A stretch of DNA of 62,945 nucleotides, filler included, from Reticulomyxa filosa (GCA_000512085.1; 19 parts of 19 records of this genome joined end to end with filler, not necessarily neighbours in it); one strand, 5' to 3'. Shown: positions 1-13,539, counted from the first letter of the whole stretch. A program made the numbers and translations. Notes: generated by a model from the sequence alone, not told the origin.

Positions 1-20
1 TTTTTTTTTTTTTTTTTTTT

Positions 21-521
21 GTACCATATCTTTTTACAAGCACACTAATGCGCTTTTCCTTTGGATTTTGACCTTCACTTTCTGAATCGTCGCTGTCGCT
101 GTTGTCGTCAAACTCGTCGTTCAAATTTTCATCGCTTGTGATCTCCACGTCTCTGGAGTGATCTTCCAATTCGCTACATGCATCTTTATAAGATAACACC
201 TTCCACGTTATATTCGCCAATGGATCGTCCTTCAGTATGTCGGGTATTTCTTGTCCAAACTCTCTTTTTATTTTATGCTTGAATTGCGTAAATGTTATTT
301 TCCCTCTGCCCGTTCCGTCTTCTCGAACATCGTATATTATATCTTTGTATAGACAATCTTCTTTTCTCAATATCGACCCTTCTCCATCGTCGACATAGAC
401 CCGTATTTCTACTCCTTTATTTTTTTTAGCAAACGTTTGTTAAATACTAATCTTTTTTTTATTCTAAAAAAAAGTAAAAGCTAAAAGAATAAAATCAATG
501 CTCTTCAAAACTTTGTGTCAT
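21..521 (-). CDS. Hypothetical protein with PB1-like N-terminal module and acidic tract, 3'-partial
   Basis: ATG at 521 (MTQ), intron 415-511 (gttttg...taaag), then an open frame RVEIRVYVDDGEG...KVLSYKDAC...VEITSDENLNDEFDDNSDSDD to the window edge. VEITSDENL resembles the PB1 OPCA motif. Confidence 0.5.
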
Positions 522-1173
522 GAAAGTTTTCTTTTCACTTTTTCGGTTTATTATTTTTTAAAAAAGGGAAGAAATCAAATACTTTTCCGTTCGTGCCAAC
601 AGTCACCGTTTACAAAGAGGTATAACAATGTCAGCGAACATTGCTCACTGAAACGATAAATTAAATATACTTGTCAATTGACAATCTTCAAAAACGTTTA
701 AAAGTGCAAAACATCATCTTTTTAAGAAATTTAGCTTTATTTCCTTGTGCTCAAGAAAAATCTTTACGATGGCAACATAAGTATTGTTTCTTTTTTCTTA
801 AATGCTATTTCTTTTATTTACCGTACAATGTTTTCTTGCAGTATAGACCTTGCCAGTTCAAGAGAAATAGTTTTTGAACTTGGGGTGGTTTAGCTGTAAA
901 ACTCAAGCAAAAGGGAGTACAAGCTTTTTTTTGGTGTAGACAATATCGTAAATAGAGGTATCAAGCCCAACCTCTTGTTTTTTTGAGGAATAAAATTGAT
1001 TTTTTTTTTTCAAGCGTTTCTCAAACAGAGTTAATTTAATTCTGGATTGGTTTTTGGAGTGTATGTTTCCCTCACTCCTACTCCGAAACAAAAGAAGGAT
1101 TATTTGTTTGTGAACTGTTTCTTATTAAAATAAATGGTTCATTTTGAAATTTGTTGATTAGACTCGAAACAAA

Positions 1174-3345
1174 ATGACCCATGTATCGTTGGACCATAAT
1201 CAATTAGATCAGCACCTGAAAAAAAAGAAAAAGTCACATTTAAAAAAGAAGTCTGTCATTGCAAATGAAGACAATACAGCTGTTCGGTTTTCGATCAAAA
1301 GAGGATTAAATAGAGATTACGATCGAAAGAAAAAGCAAAAAAAGCGTAGTGAAATGTCTTACCAAAAGAAAGCTCTTTCAAACAAACTATGTGCGGTGTG
1401 TTTGGATAAAAAGTCATTAGACCTGATGTTGTTGCCATGCATGCATCTTTTCCATAGCGGTTGTATCCACAAGTGAAGTGTGTACGTATATGTATACGTT
1501 ACATTAAAAAAGTGCAAAAGAAATAAATACTTTAATATGTATGTATGTGTGAAAAAGATGGGTTTGCAATAACTTTTCGTGTCCTTTGTGTCGTCAAGAA
1601 ATTGGACAATTTGTACCCTTAAAATTTGTGAAGACAGCAACAACAACAACGAAAGATTTAGAAGAGGTGTGGTTGCGACATTACGTTGGCAAAAGTATCC
1701 GAGAAAACAGCAACATTACGAGTACGTATGCGAGCAATGAGGAGTGGCAAGTGGCTGACAAGGTTTATGCGAATCACAAACAAAGTGACAATAACGTCGT
1801 CGTCGTCGTGGTGATGGAAGAAGAGAATGGGCTTGAGGACGTTGCAGTCGTATTGAATTCAAAATCGATGAGTGTCAGAGCCACAGTTGTGTCAAGGGAC
1901 AATGATAATGACAATGATAATAATCCAAATCCTATCCTTGCTGCTTCCGTCCCATCCATTGCTACATTTGATTCACATCTGGAAAATGATCATTTCCCAG
2001 AAGTTGAAAATGCAATCTCATTCAAACTCGAGGATGTTGCTATGAACATGAATCATACCTCTCTATGGTAATCGTGTCCCTTTTTGTTATTTGTATATAT
2101 ATATATATATATATATGTATACGTATGTATGTATGTATGTTTTTTTTTTTTTTGCAGACATGTACGAATAAATAAAAGTTGACTATGTAAGCAACAACCA
2201 ACAAAAAATAACAACAATGTAAAAAGGTCGTTGATTTGGTTGAACATATTAACGTTGCCAAAGGATTCTAAGAACAATGTAGTGTTGACTAAAGACATGG
2301 GGGTCGCATGCCATCTGGTGGACTGCAGGCCAGTTGCAAACGAAGAACAGATTCCAAAGTACTGCTCCACATCACTTGTACGTGAAGACAGCCGAAGAGG
2401 AAGTGATCGCTTGGCATTATCCTTGACCAGGACAAAACGTAATGGCCATGACAACAGTAGCGACAATGGTAGCGGCATTGTTTCAGCAGCCTCGTTAACG
2501 AGCGCGTTTTGTGAGGATAAAAACAAAAGAGGGCACATTTCTGTTCGCAGGACCGAATCCTCTCGGCCATTATGGAGACAGTTATGGATCAATTCTCGTG
2601 CCGGTGTTTGTGCAGGCCTTGCAGTCGCTGTCACGACATTGGCAGTTGCTAATGGACGTTTCGTGAACAAGTCTCTAGGCACAGGTCCATTGGCCCTGCG
2701 CACTGTTCCTGGAGTGGCTGTATATTTCTCCATTTATGAGTATTTGAAGCTGCATCTCTTTCACGCTGGTTACAACTTTTTTTTTTTTTTTTTTGTTTAA
2801 TATTATTAGAGACTTTATAACAAATTAATAAATATAAAAATACATAAAAAGATGTTGACAGAAATCCATGGCATTTACTATTTGCTGAGAGATTCACGGC
2901 GGCGGGAATTGCTGGGTCTTTAGTCTCTTGGGGCTCGCCCAAAACTTCGTTATTACTGGGACTACGTTATGCTGCATTTTTCAGCTCGTTTGAACTGTGC
3001 AAGGATATCAGGCTGCAAACTGTTGGCCGTCAGAGACCATTGCTTTTCAGCGAAGTTGCGTTGGCTGCTGGGATTGGAGGAGTGATAGCGTCTGGTCTAT
3101 ATTACCCTGCTTTGCAAATGTCACTCCGTTCACGAACAATAGAGCCAGTTGGTGTTGGTGAGGCTCCTTGCGGGATACTGTCCGCACGTGCTTGGCACAT
3201 GCTTTTGCAAAGTACCAATCGCGAGCTGCTCTTTCGGGGATTTGCTAATCATTTGACCAAATTCCTTCCTTCTTGTGTCGTATGCTCGTGCACCTTTGAA
3301 TTTTCTCGTCGTTACTTTGCTAATGAGTTGTCCCGTCATTCATGA
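1174..3345 (+). CDS. RING-H2 zinc finger fused to a degenerate mitochondrial-carrier (SLC25)-like domain; exons 1174-1472, 1558-2067, 2227-2768, 2852-3345; 614 aa
   Basis: Spliced RING-H2: CAVC-LDKKSLDLMLLP-CMHLFHSGC-IHKWVCNNFS-CPLC. Carrier-type helices LRTVPGVAVYFSIYEYLK, AAGIGGVIASGLYYP and LFRGFANHLTKFLPSCVVCSCTFEF. All three introns are GT...AAAAAG and phase-compatible. Confidence 0.7.
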
Positions 3346-5320
3346 TTGAAGAAGGAGAAAATGAAAGTTTTTTTGTGAGCGAAACAAATGTGCTATGGTT
3401 GTTGATGTTGAAAAAAAAAATAGGGAAGAAGGGTAAAGCACGAAAAGTCTATAAATCCCGTACGTCTGCACGACATCATTGTTTTTGTCTATTTTTGCGT
3501 TTTTGTTGTGGGAGAGTGAGTCAAGGTTTATCGAATTTCTTTTTTGAAATATATATATCTTTTTGTTCTGATTTTTGTGTTACTGTTTTTGTTGTCCTTA
3601 ATGTTTACGGTTATATTTTTACTTTTTGGGCTGAAGATTTTTTCGAAAAATTGTCTTGGTCTTCATTTTTTAATTGATTCTCGGCATAAATACAATAGCT
3701 TGCTGCCTATTCATTTATTTTTTCTTTGTACCTCAATGAGCTCATCATAGATTACTAAATATTTTAATGCGTACTATTTTTCTGATACTCTTTATTTGCT
3801 GTCCCAGCGTTAAAATACATTTCAATACTAGGCAAGTAGCGTAAATTTTTTGATGCTATAAAAAACGCATAGTGATAACTGTTTACCACAAGGGGACATC
3901 CCTAATAAGATTCTTTTTTTCCCACCTTTTTTTAAAAATCCTGCATAGTCGTTGGAAAGGTTAAACTTGAGCGGTGTGACAAGTGTACTTGAAGTTATTT
4001 TGTAGAAGATGGTCATTTTGCGTGCCATGGAAGCAGTGTTTTTTGCACCATGTTTTTTGGTACGTTACGCCAGCGTAAAATATCAATTTGTACAATGAAA
4101 CGATCCACCGATTATTGACACCATTAAAACTTTTGTTGGTGGTATTGTGTTTGATTTACAGACTTGCCCTTTCAAAATTGTTGATGGAATGAAGCATTAA
4201 TTCCCAAAAAAAAAAATTTGACAAGTTGAAAAAGTTTTGCTAGATCACAAGCGTGACGTAGCTATCGAAAACAAAAAAAACTAGTCAAAAAAAACGAAAT
4301 TGGCAAGTCTTGCTACGACAAAATGCCACCAAAAAGTAAACAGTACATATTTTATTTTGTAAGACTATTATGTTGTATATGAATAGTTTTTTTTATTTCA
4401 ACACATCTTTTTTTGTGTAATAATTTTTATTCACTTCTCTGTTTCCAGTGCTTTGTTGGTAGCTTAATTACGTCCAGCAAAATCACGATCAAAACGAAAC
4501 ATAATAACACGTGAATTTGGAATACATGATTATTTTTCCATGTATTAACAATCAGTATCTAGTACAAATTCCTTGTATTTGATGCTAAATTGCTAAAATA
4601 TCTCTTTTGTTATGTTGATTGTTTTATTAATGCAATCCATTGTAAATTTGGATTGTAATTTTAACTCTTGCTGCTAAACAAACAGTTTTCGCAAATAAGT
4701 AATTTAAAACAGAAACTAATCCACAAGCAGTTATTTCAATTGTTGATCCTTTTGGCTTTTTTTAAAATCGATGCCCTTTTTTTAATGTGCCACAAATATT
4801 TTTTGTAAAATAGTTACATCATTTATAAAAATACTCGTGAAACAAAAACTAATTATTCAAATGTTTAACATTCACAAAATGTGAAAAACAGAACATATTA
4901 ATAACATACACACGCAACTGTTATTGTTATCTGGTATGCACGAGTGTTTGATAAAAATCTCTCAGATTATGAGAGAAATAGGGTGAGATCCAGTCTATAC
5001 AAGTGAAGAAAATGAAACAAATGAAATAAAAGACAAACAAACGAACGCAGTTTTGACTTCCAAACAATGAAAATATTGAGACATGTCATAAAAAGAGCCA
5101 AAGTATGTACTTTTACTAAAACAAACCAATATCTATTGCAATCACGTAATCAAAACCATCAACAGTTTACACAAAATTTTGCTATTGAAAAAAAGAAAAA
5201 CTCAAAAAAAAACGATACGTTTAACCAACACAAAACTCACCAAATTTTTTGGAAGCTTCCATTGTTAAAAATATCCAAACAAAAAAAAAGAAAAAATCTT
5301 TCTTTTGCAATTTTTTTTTG

Positions 5321-5935
5321 TTAGGATCGCAGCAAAAGCGACTTTTTGGTGTGTTCATCTTCATTGGCCATCATCATTTGCACAAACTCTTCAAAGTCAA
5401 TAGCACCATCACCATTCATATCAGCCTCTTTGATCATATCTTGGACATCTTTATCAGTGACCTCTTCTCCTAATCGAGACAAAACTTCCTTCAGTTCATC
5501 AAAGTCGATTTTTCCATCCCCGTTTTTATCAAAAAACGCAAAAGTTGCTTTAATTTCATCCATTTGTGACCCAACACTCATTCGACGGTCCATCATTAAT
5601 ACAAACTCATCAAAGTCCATATGGCCATCCCCATTTTCGTCCAAGTCATTCATTATATCTTTCAACTCTTCGTCCGTTATTTCTAATCCTAAGGCCTTCA
5701 TCACTTCGCCTATTTCTTGTGTTGAGATTTCTCCATCCCCGTTGTGATCAAAAAATGCAAATGCTTCTTTCAACTGACGAATTTCGTCCTTGTCCAATTG
5801 AGATTTGCGACGACCCGTTTTTCGTTTTGATTTTCCGTCTTCTTCTGTTGCTGTTGGTTTGGCCTCTTGCTTGGCTGCATTTGCTTTTTTTTGGGCTTCT
5901 GATTCTTTTGGTTGTTTTTTCGGTAATGAAGTCAT
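5321..5935 (-). CDS. Calmodulin-like protein with four EF-hands and a basic N-terminal extension
   Basis: Loops DHNGDGEISTQE, DENGDGHMDFDE, DKNGDGKIDFDE and DMNGDGAIDFEE. Intronless; ATG at 5935 (alternative 5959). Confidence 0.92.
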   Translation of the reverse strand: MTSLPKKQPKESEAQKKANAAKQEAKPTATEEDGKSKRKTGRRKSQLDKDEIRQLKEAFAFFDHNGDGEISTQEIGEVMKALGLEITDEELKDIMNDLDENGDGHMDFDEFVLMMDRRMSVGSQMDEIKATFAFFDKNGDGKIDFDELKEVLSRLGEEVTDKDVQDMIKEADMNGDGAIDFEEFVQMMMANEDEHTKKSLLLRS

Positions 5936-6622
5936 TGCTATTTTATGTATGCGTATCATGTGCGTGCCAGGGGGGATTTCCAATCTTTTTTTGGTTTCCT
6001 CCTGTCTCCCCTCCTACTCTCCCTGGCCACCCTTCTGTCTCTCTTCATTTTCTTGATAACTGTATTTTCAATTTTTGTGATGCTGTCAGAGGTTTGTGCC
6101 AAATTTTGTTTCCTTGAATTGTATCGATCAATACTAAATACACTTCTTAAAAAAAGGACCCTTCTGAAGCGCTTTTTATTTTTTTTGTTGGTTGTTTTTT
6201 GTGGCCTGACAAGCGTGATTTTGTACGTTACCAAGTTCAAATCAGTTTCTTTTTAATAAAAGCTGATTTGACTCTGATAAAAACGAAAACAGATGTGGAT
6301 ATACGTCATAAAAAAAAAGGATAGAAATCTTGGCAAACGAAAGGAGATTTTTGTTGATACTTTAATGTGTCACATGTTTGCAAAAAAGTTCATAAAACTG
6401 CAAGAAATAGAAAAAATGTATAATTTCGAGGCTGACGAAAGAGAGACAAAAAAATGAATATCTGGTAAGCGATTTCAAAGTTAATGCTAACGCGATTTCT
6501 GGCAGGAATGAGAGAAAAAAAAGAAGGAAAACAAATGAAAAAATTGAAAAAAAAGAGTAATTCCAACAAAAAGTTGGAATTATCGATAGTGACTGTAGAA
6601 AAGTTAAAATTGATTAATTGAT

Positions 6623-7171
6623 TTATTGTACTTTTTTTCCTGGCAACTCGTCAGTAACTTTGTTCAGTTGCTTCGTGGTATCATCAATAAAATGAACAAC
6701 AGCCAAACAAAAAATAAGGTATAAAAAACCCATTGGAAAAGTATGCCCAAATCCAATGACTAGTTCCAAGAAACAAAATACTGCACTGTACTTTAGGTAT
6801 ATTCCACACTTCAACAAGTTTGGATACTCAGTCATATAATTTCGGGTGTAATAGCTACTGATACCTGTCAACACATGGACGACAACTCCCCAGATCGGAT
6901 CTTTCAATAGTACTTTTGGGCTATGTGAATGTCTTGTGTGCTCGTCTTGTGCTTCCAAAGCTATAAAGTGGCCGTAAATATCTTTACAAGAGTGATATAT
7001 ACCATAAGCCAGAATCAAATAACCCATAAACACCATCATCCCCACAAATTTCGAATGAATTATTATGTTTTGATAACGAATATTCTGTAGCTTACTTTCC
7101 ACCACTTCTTCCACTGACTTTCGAGAAGTTTCTACTACCGCTTTTCGAGCACGTCGAGAATTTCCACCCAT
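6623..7171 (-). CDS. Hypothetical multi-pass membrane protein, 182 aa
   Basis: ATG-initiated intronless ORF with 3-4 hydrophobic segments and a basic N-terminus. Confidence 0.65.
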   Translation of the reverse strand: MGGNSRRARKAVVETSRKSVEEVVESKLQNIRYQNIIIHSKFVGMMVFMGYLILAYGIYHSCKDIYGHFIALEAQDEHTRHSHSPKVLLKDPIWGVVVHVLTGISSYYTRNYMTEYPNLLKCGIYLKYSAVFCFLELVIGFGHTFPMGFLYLIFCLAVVHFIDDTTKQLNKVTDELPGKKVQ

Positions 7172-8304
7172 TATCTTGTGCTATTGATTGGTTGATTGGA
7201 CACTGGTTAAGTAATCAAAGTGGAAGAACAATAAATCAAAATGGATTAATTTTTTGACCTTGGGGAGCGCAATATTTGACGAACGTTTACGTTCTCGCAC
7301 TTTTTTCAGCACTGTGGATAAGTTTTTTATCAATTAGCTGTATAAGTTTTGAAAATCGAGATTGAAGGCGTATTTTAATGAAATATTATAACCCTTTCAA
7401 AACCCACTATTTTATTTTCCATTGTTTTCTTATTTCTTGAATAAGGACTTAACGTGTGAACCTTGTTGAAAAAATATTTCCCCTTTTTCTGAATTCGCAT
7501 TTTTTTTTTTTGTAGACTAAAATCTTGTAGCTCTAAACGAGCACCAGCTACTTGTCCAGCCAAAGTACTTTTTTCGTTTGGAACCGATTTTTTACAAACT
7601 TAAATATCCAAAAAAAAAAGTTTGTGCGGTGTTGTTCTCTTCCCTCTGTTTTTATCATTTTTCAAAAACCGAAAAAAAAAAAAATGCTCTCGGTAAGCAA
7701 CCGCCCCACTCTGGGACATAAAATAGGTGAGCAATCACATTAAAAAAAAACAAAACAGAGACGATATGTCAACCAAAGCAGTGAAAAAAAGCAGTGTTGC
7801 AATGGATCAAAAAGTTATTTTTGTATACGGCTTTGTGTTTGGAGCTGTGCAAATTGGCACACGAATCATTTTTGAGATCGTTTTCAGTGTAAAAAAAACT
7901 TGTGTTGAGGTGCAAACAAGAGTGGAGCGCTACATACAGAAATGTATACTAATGTTAGCGCGTTAATATAAAACAAATATGTCGGCAACAATAGAAATGG
8001 ACAAATAGTGGCAATCAAAGAAAAAACGTGAAAAAGGACAGCCACGAAGCAAATCGAGTAGTGTCAAGCAATGAAAGCACAGAGAACAATAATCAAAACA
8101 AGATGAACATTAACTACAGTGCGACCATTACCATCCATACAAGAGATTGTTCGAAACAAACCAACAACTATGACAATGGCACCGAACATTTCGGAAAAAG
8201 TATGTCTGTCTCTCTCTCTTTCTTTAATTACTTCGAGTTTTTTGACACTGATGTGTTACTCAATCTTTATTAAAAAAAAAAAAGGTGCGTTTTTAAAAAA
8301 AAAA

Positions 8305-8404
8305 NNNNNNNNNNNNNNNNNNNNNNNNNNNNNNNNNNNNNNNNNNNNTTAATTAATTAANNNNNNNNNNNNNNNNNNNNNNNNNNNNNNNNNNNNNNNN
8401 NNNN
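8305..8404. other. Artificial contig spacer N44-TTAATTAATTAA-N44, first of 18. The others start at 13061, 15830, 17454, 19920, 22023, 23926, 30006, 31594, 36969, 40130, 42812, 44882, 47253, 54720, 57251, 59966 and 61426.
   Basis: Identical 100-nt block repeated 18 times; the 12-mer places stop codons in all six frames. Confidence 0.98.
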
Positions 8405-10422
8405 GACAGAGCCAACTCCAACACAGGTTTGGTCACCCACTCCGTGTTGGTATTATCACTGTTGAACAGTGAATAGCGTAACGCCGACTATTGTCAACAT
8501 ATATATGTATATAATATATTTATATATGTATATAATATATACATATACATATATATATGTATATACATATATATTGTATACGAAACATTCCATGACTCCT
8601 CGGATTCACTTGGACACAAACGAATGGCGCGAAGCATGACTTGCTGCACTTCCTTATCCAAGAAGCGTAGGAAGTCTGCTTCCTTTTGAAAGGGCGACGT
8701 GCGAATGGCAATAAAGTGATGGGACGCGCGCACGACGCCGGCGTAGATTTCTGAGGCTGTGATTTGCGACTCCTTCTCTTTGACCAGTTGTGACTCGTCG
8801 CGGAAGGCCTTGAGCACGGCATGCCACAGCGCTTCGCTCACTTGCCATTGACTCACGTCCTTGTCCTTCTCGGAGCGCGGCCACTTTGCTCGCAGCAAAT
8901 CACGGATCACGTGACAATGGCGACGCTCGAACCAACTCGAGGCAGGCGCCAGCCGTCGTAAGGCCATTGCGTCGAGTTTGTGCAGTTGTTCACAATTTCT
9001 TGCAATCGACTTGTTTTCCCACTTGGCGCTATATACATACAATATATTTGTATATACGTATACGTTTTATTTTTAACACCAAATATCAAACATCATATAA
9101 AAAACATTAACCGTCTTTATCCGTAATGTTTGGATGATCGAAGCGAAAGCATTTCACTACCGTTGCCATGTTGTCAAGTAGAAACTGTTCACATTTTATT
9201 TTTTAATGTGTTTGGAATGACAACATATATATATAATATATGTATATGTATATATGTATATAAACTTGGTGTAAATAATGAGCGGTCTGCGGTGACAAAA
9301 GAGTGACGGGGAGCAGATAGGAGGGGAGGGGCACGTGTAGATCGCGGATTGTGATTTTTTTGGAATAGGATGTGTCCCATCCAAAGTGGTGATCGACAGG
9401 GAGTGGTTGGTCTGACTTCAATACTCGCTTGTAATCCAAAAGCGGCACAAAGTTGCCCAAAATGGTTTCCAATGCATTGCACGCGAGCGACTGGAACTGC
9501 GGCACATCTTGCGACACCAATGAACAAAAGTATTGCACAACTTCTTGGCTCGGCGCAACATTGGGTCGCAGGTCCGCCCAAAGCAATGATGTTGCCATCA
9601 GTTGATATCTCCAATAGGTAAAGGCGGGACTTTCATTGTTGAGTTTGGAAACGGATGTTCGCAAATGCTGAGTCAGCAAATCGGTGATTGCTTGTCGGAA
9701 CGTTTCTATAGCCTCTGGAGAGAGGGAGGGAGGGGACGTGGAGCCGGATGAAGATGATCCTTTGATCAATGCAAACAGCACAGGTGCAAATTCGGCTGGA
9801 GAAACGGCGGAGAACAATTGTTTGGAAATGGGGAGATTGTGATCTTTAAGAAGCGAAAGGATTGTTTCGGTGTTGATTTCATTGGGTCTCTTTAGAATCA
9901 AATCGCTAATGTCCTTTTGTAACTTTGGAATATTGACCTCTTTCATTTGTTTTTGAATCGCCACAATTTCCAATTCAATGGCTTCTTTTTGTTTGAGATC
10001 GCTTTCAGCTTCTTTGTTCGCATCCTCATCCTTTTTCCGTTCAACATTGGAGTCGTTGCCACCTTTGGCAATTTTCACCAACTCTTGAGACGAAATATCG
10101 AGCTCTTGATTTATACGTTTCATCGCTTCGATGACTTCATCTTTGCGAGTTTCTTGATTTTTATTTTATGTTATGTTATTATTTTTCTTTAACAAAAAAA
10201 AAAAAAAAGAAAAATAAGAGTAATTGTAACTGTCTTGAATTTTGTCTAATGGCAGATGGATCATGTCGAAAGACAATTGCACCCAGTACGACATGAAGGC
10301 ATTGTGGACGCCATCTTGCACTTTGGTGTCTTTGTGTCGCCAGCATTGCAGCAATGCGTTGAGAAAATGCCGACGTCTTTGTGGCGTAGCACACACCAAC
10401 TAATCATATACACAAACATACA

Positions 10423-10469
<47 letters not shown>

Positions 10470-13060
10470 ATATGCATATATGTACATATACATAACAGTG
10501 GCAATGAAAGTTTGAGATTGCAAGATAAGCAAAGCGGCCTGGAGGGAATGTTTGTCGGGACTGTCTTGACAGAGTACATCTGCGAAGAAGATAAAGATCT
10601 GTTCCATGGCCAGTCGAAAGTTGCTCAAAGTGCGAGGTGTGATGAGAGCATGCAGAGCAGCATCGCGGACCTGATGGAAGATGGCACCCTGTCCGATGCA
10701 GGTTTTGGCAATAGCGAGGAGCAGCTTTTCGACATCCGTGGTGAATGTGTTTTGATGGAACAAGAAGTAGAGGCGTTTCAATGTGAGTGCATGTTCCTGT
10801 GTGACGTAGGCCACTCGTTCGTTATTGCGCATGCCGGTGAGATAGTCTCCAATAAACGATTGGAACTTGTGACCAAAGTCGCCCACGGCACTCACCACGT
10901 CCCAATTCACGGCATCTTGATTGAGCAGCACTTGCGACAATTGATTTACGAGCGTTAGTACTTTACTTAATCCAGGGAACTCTCGTCCAATGTCATCTTT
11001 AATAATCTCCTCTTTTTTCTTCTCTTCCGTTGGTCTTTCTTGTTGACTAGTCTCACTGAATTGCGACAGCTTCGCATACAAGCGAATGACCAATCTGGTC
11101 AGAGCTGTTCGCAGTGACACCTTTTGATCTTGGACGTGAGTGGATGGACTGTGCAAGACATTGCGAATTTGCGCGAGACGACCAAGTGCAGGATGCTTTT
11201 CATCTTTTGGAAAGTGATACCACCATAACGAGTTGGCTGTTGCATTCTTGGATGTGATGAATAAAGGCTCTCTTTTCACAACTTGCTGTTGCTGCGCATA
11301 CGTGTCGACGTCAAAGTCGCCCAAGTGTCCGCAGCCATGACATAAGTGATGGATTAAGCGTACGTATAAAGACAGGTCACGAGAGGATAGCAATGTGGTG
11401 GATGTAAAGACATCTTCATTGCTGTTGTTGTTGTTGTTGTTGTTGTCAATGAAAGCATTGAGCTTGGCAATGGGTTGGGATAACACATCGTCAATGAGTT
11501 GTTGCAAGGCCTTTGCAGTTTCAAGAGTGGGTCCAGTCCATTGCAATTGCAAATCGGGTTTCCAAAAGCGTTGAAACCCTTTCATTTCAACTTCCACAAA
11601 CATGCCCCAAGCTTGCCAATGTTTCCACTTTGTCGTTTGATCCTCATTATCGCCAGTGCCACCAATGGCCCGATTCCACAATGCAGGTGAGAATGGATGC
11701 ACTTCGCTGGGTCTGTCGCGCATCAACGATGCAGCCACACTTTCAAACAGACGTCCACCAAAGTCTTGAATTTCGGGTGACTCGGCGCCACTGACCAAAG
11801 TGATGACAGTTCCAAGCAATGACATGTAAGGAATGAGATGATGATGTCCGTTGGACACAAGTCCCTCCAACACTTCCAAGTGATATGACAACACGGTCTT
11901 GGACCCTTTCAGTTTCAACTCGCTGGCCTCGTATTTGCGCGTTGTGCCATTGGTACCAATGGAAAACCAAGAGTTGGGAATATCCTGGCCTTGCTTCGTT
12001 TCAACTACTTTTTTGACGAGTTTGGCGATCCATTGCGATATTGCGAGTTGTGGATTAGCACTTGTCATAGTGCCGCATAAGATGCTACCAAATGACCCGC
12101 ATTGCGGTGTGCTGCACACCACGTCCATCACTTTGGTGGCACGCTCTTTGAATAGTCGCGGACTTAACGCAAACCAAAAGGTGGTCATACATTGTCGGAA
12201 CACCTGAACCATTGCTTCATATTTCATTCTCGTGCGACTTGTCAGTGTCGTCGCCGTGGCGGACTTTAGTCCAAATGATTGCAGTCGACTCATAAGTGCA
12301 CCTTGACGTGTCTCCTTCTCCGCCTCAGCACTCTCATTGGTGTTGGCAATGTCTTGGACGAATGATACGATCTTGTCCATAAATGCCAGCGCAAATGCGT
12401 CGAACATTTGCGTCGCCTCTTTTCGCGAGTTGTCAATTTCGGGACAATCAATGTTGTCTTTGTCACTATCGTATTTGATATCATTCACCCAATCTCCAAC
12501 AATAACAGCATCGACATTATTATTCTTGGACGAAGCAAAAGAGACATTGGTAAGAAAGGGCAAAGATGCGAAATAACAAAGCTAGAGTTTGAATGGTCTG
12601 ATCTGTCAATGAGGCGTCGATACCAAAGATGATGGCCTGCAGCAGCTGCGGCAAGTGCGAGCTGAACTCAAGTCCCAAGTGTGGATGGAGCAGTGCCACA
12701 TGCACGACACTAAAGATTTCAACGCCGGTGAGCTGACAATACGACTGACTCAACGCCGTCAAACAATCGTGGATTTCGGGCAGCGCAAATGTCAATATTT
12801 TGTGTGGCCATAACTTTGATAAACACGATAACGCCAACACTCCACTGAACTTGACCGGAGGGACTTTGGAATAGATGCACCACTTAGCCAATGGTAATAA
12901 CGTATCCACCAATTGGCCGTCGATCTTTAGTCGTTGCGACGGAGGCACCTCGCGATACAATGGATGCTTCGTGTTGACCGACCCATGCCATCAAAAAGCA
13001 TGCAGTATGTGAGTATGTATATTCGGATATAACTCCTGCTCGATACCTTCGTCGCGAGAT
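8405..13060 (-). CDS. PSME4: Proteasome activator PA200/Blm10-like HEAT protein, internal fragment, multi-exon, with apparent frameshifts near 12563 and 12993
   Basis: Motifs LLPLAKWCIYSK, HLPQLLQAIIFGIDA, YWRYQLMATSLL and VVQYFCSLVSQD match recalled PA200 segments in the same order. Example intron 10400-10496 (gttatg...ttag, phase 0). Confidence 0.7.
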
Positions 13061-13160
13061 NNNNNNNNNNNNNNNNNNNNNNNNNNNNNNNNNNNNNNNN
13101 NNNNTTAATTAATTAANNNNNNNNNNNNNNNNNNNNNNNNNNNNNNNNNNNNNNNNNNNN

Positions 13161-13195
13161 ATCAAATGATCCAGAACAAATGAATTGATCACCAT
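13161..13195 (-). pseudogene. Short remnant of the WD40 family (GDQFICSGSFD)
   Basis: Matches the [12 protein letters not shown] / DEQFICSGSED motif of the two WD40 genes in this window. Confidence 0.45.
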
Positions 13196-13539
13196 TAAAT
13201 TTTTAAATGAATTTGCATAAGTTTTTTTTTGAAAATTGAACATGTTTAAAGCTATTATTTAAAAACAAAATTATGTTTTGCTTCAAAAGAAGACGGAGAA
13301 CCCCTCATTTTTTATTTTTGGGAAAATCATTCCATCTTCGCACAAAGATCTTTTAAAGAAAATTTTAAATTTGCAATAGGCTCTGAAAAAGGGATGACAT
13401 TTTATTATCATGCATACTCACATATTTATGCTTGTGTTAAGCATTCAGTTTGCAATTTTAGGATAAATTACTTTTCTTCATACACAATCGTCATAATCAA
13501 ATGAAATAATATACTTTTTTGAAGATCATGCATCAAATT

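Noticed and set aside
5346-6256. Overlapping antisense ORFs here and over other genes, e.g. 51198-52085 and 37013-37603
   Set aside because: Shadow frames of real genes or of low-complexity DNA, with no motifs.
8349-8360. Recurrent TTAATTAATTAA palindrome as a biological repeat or CRISPR-like unit
   Set aside because: Always flanked by exactly 44 N on each side; it is a six-frame-stop concatenation linker.
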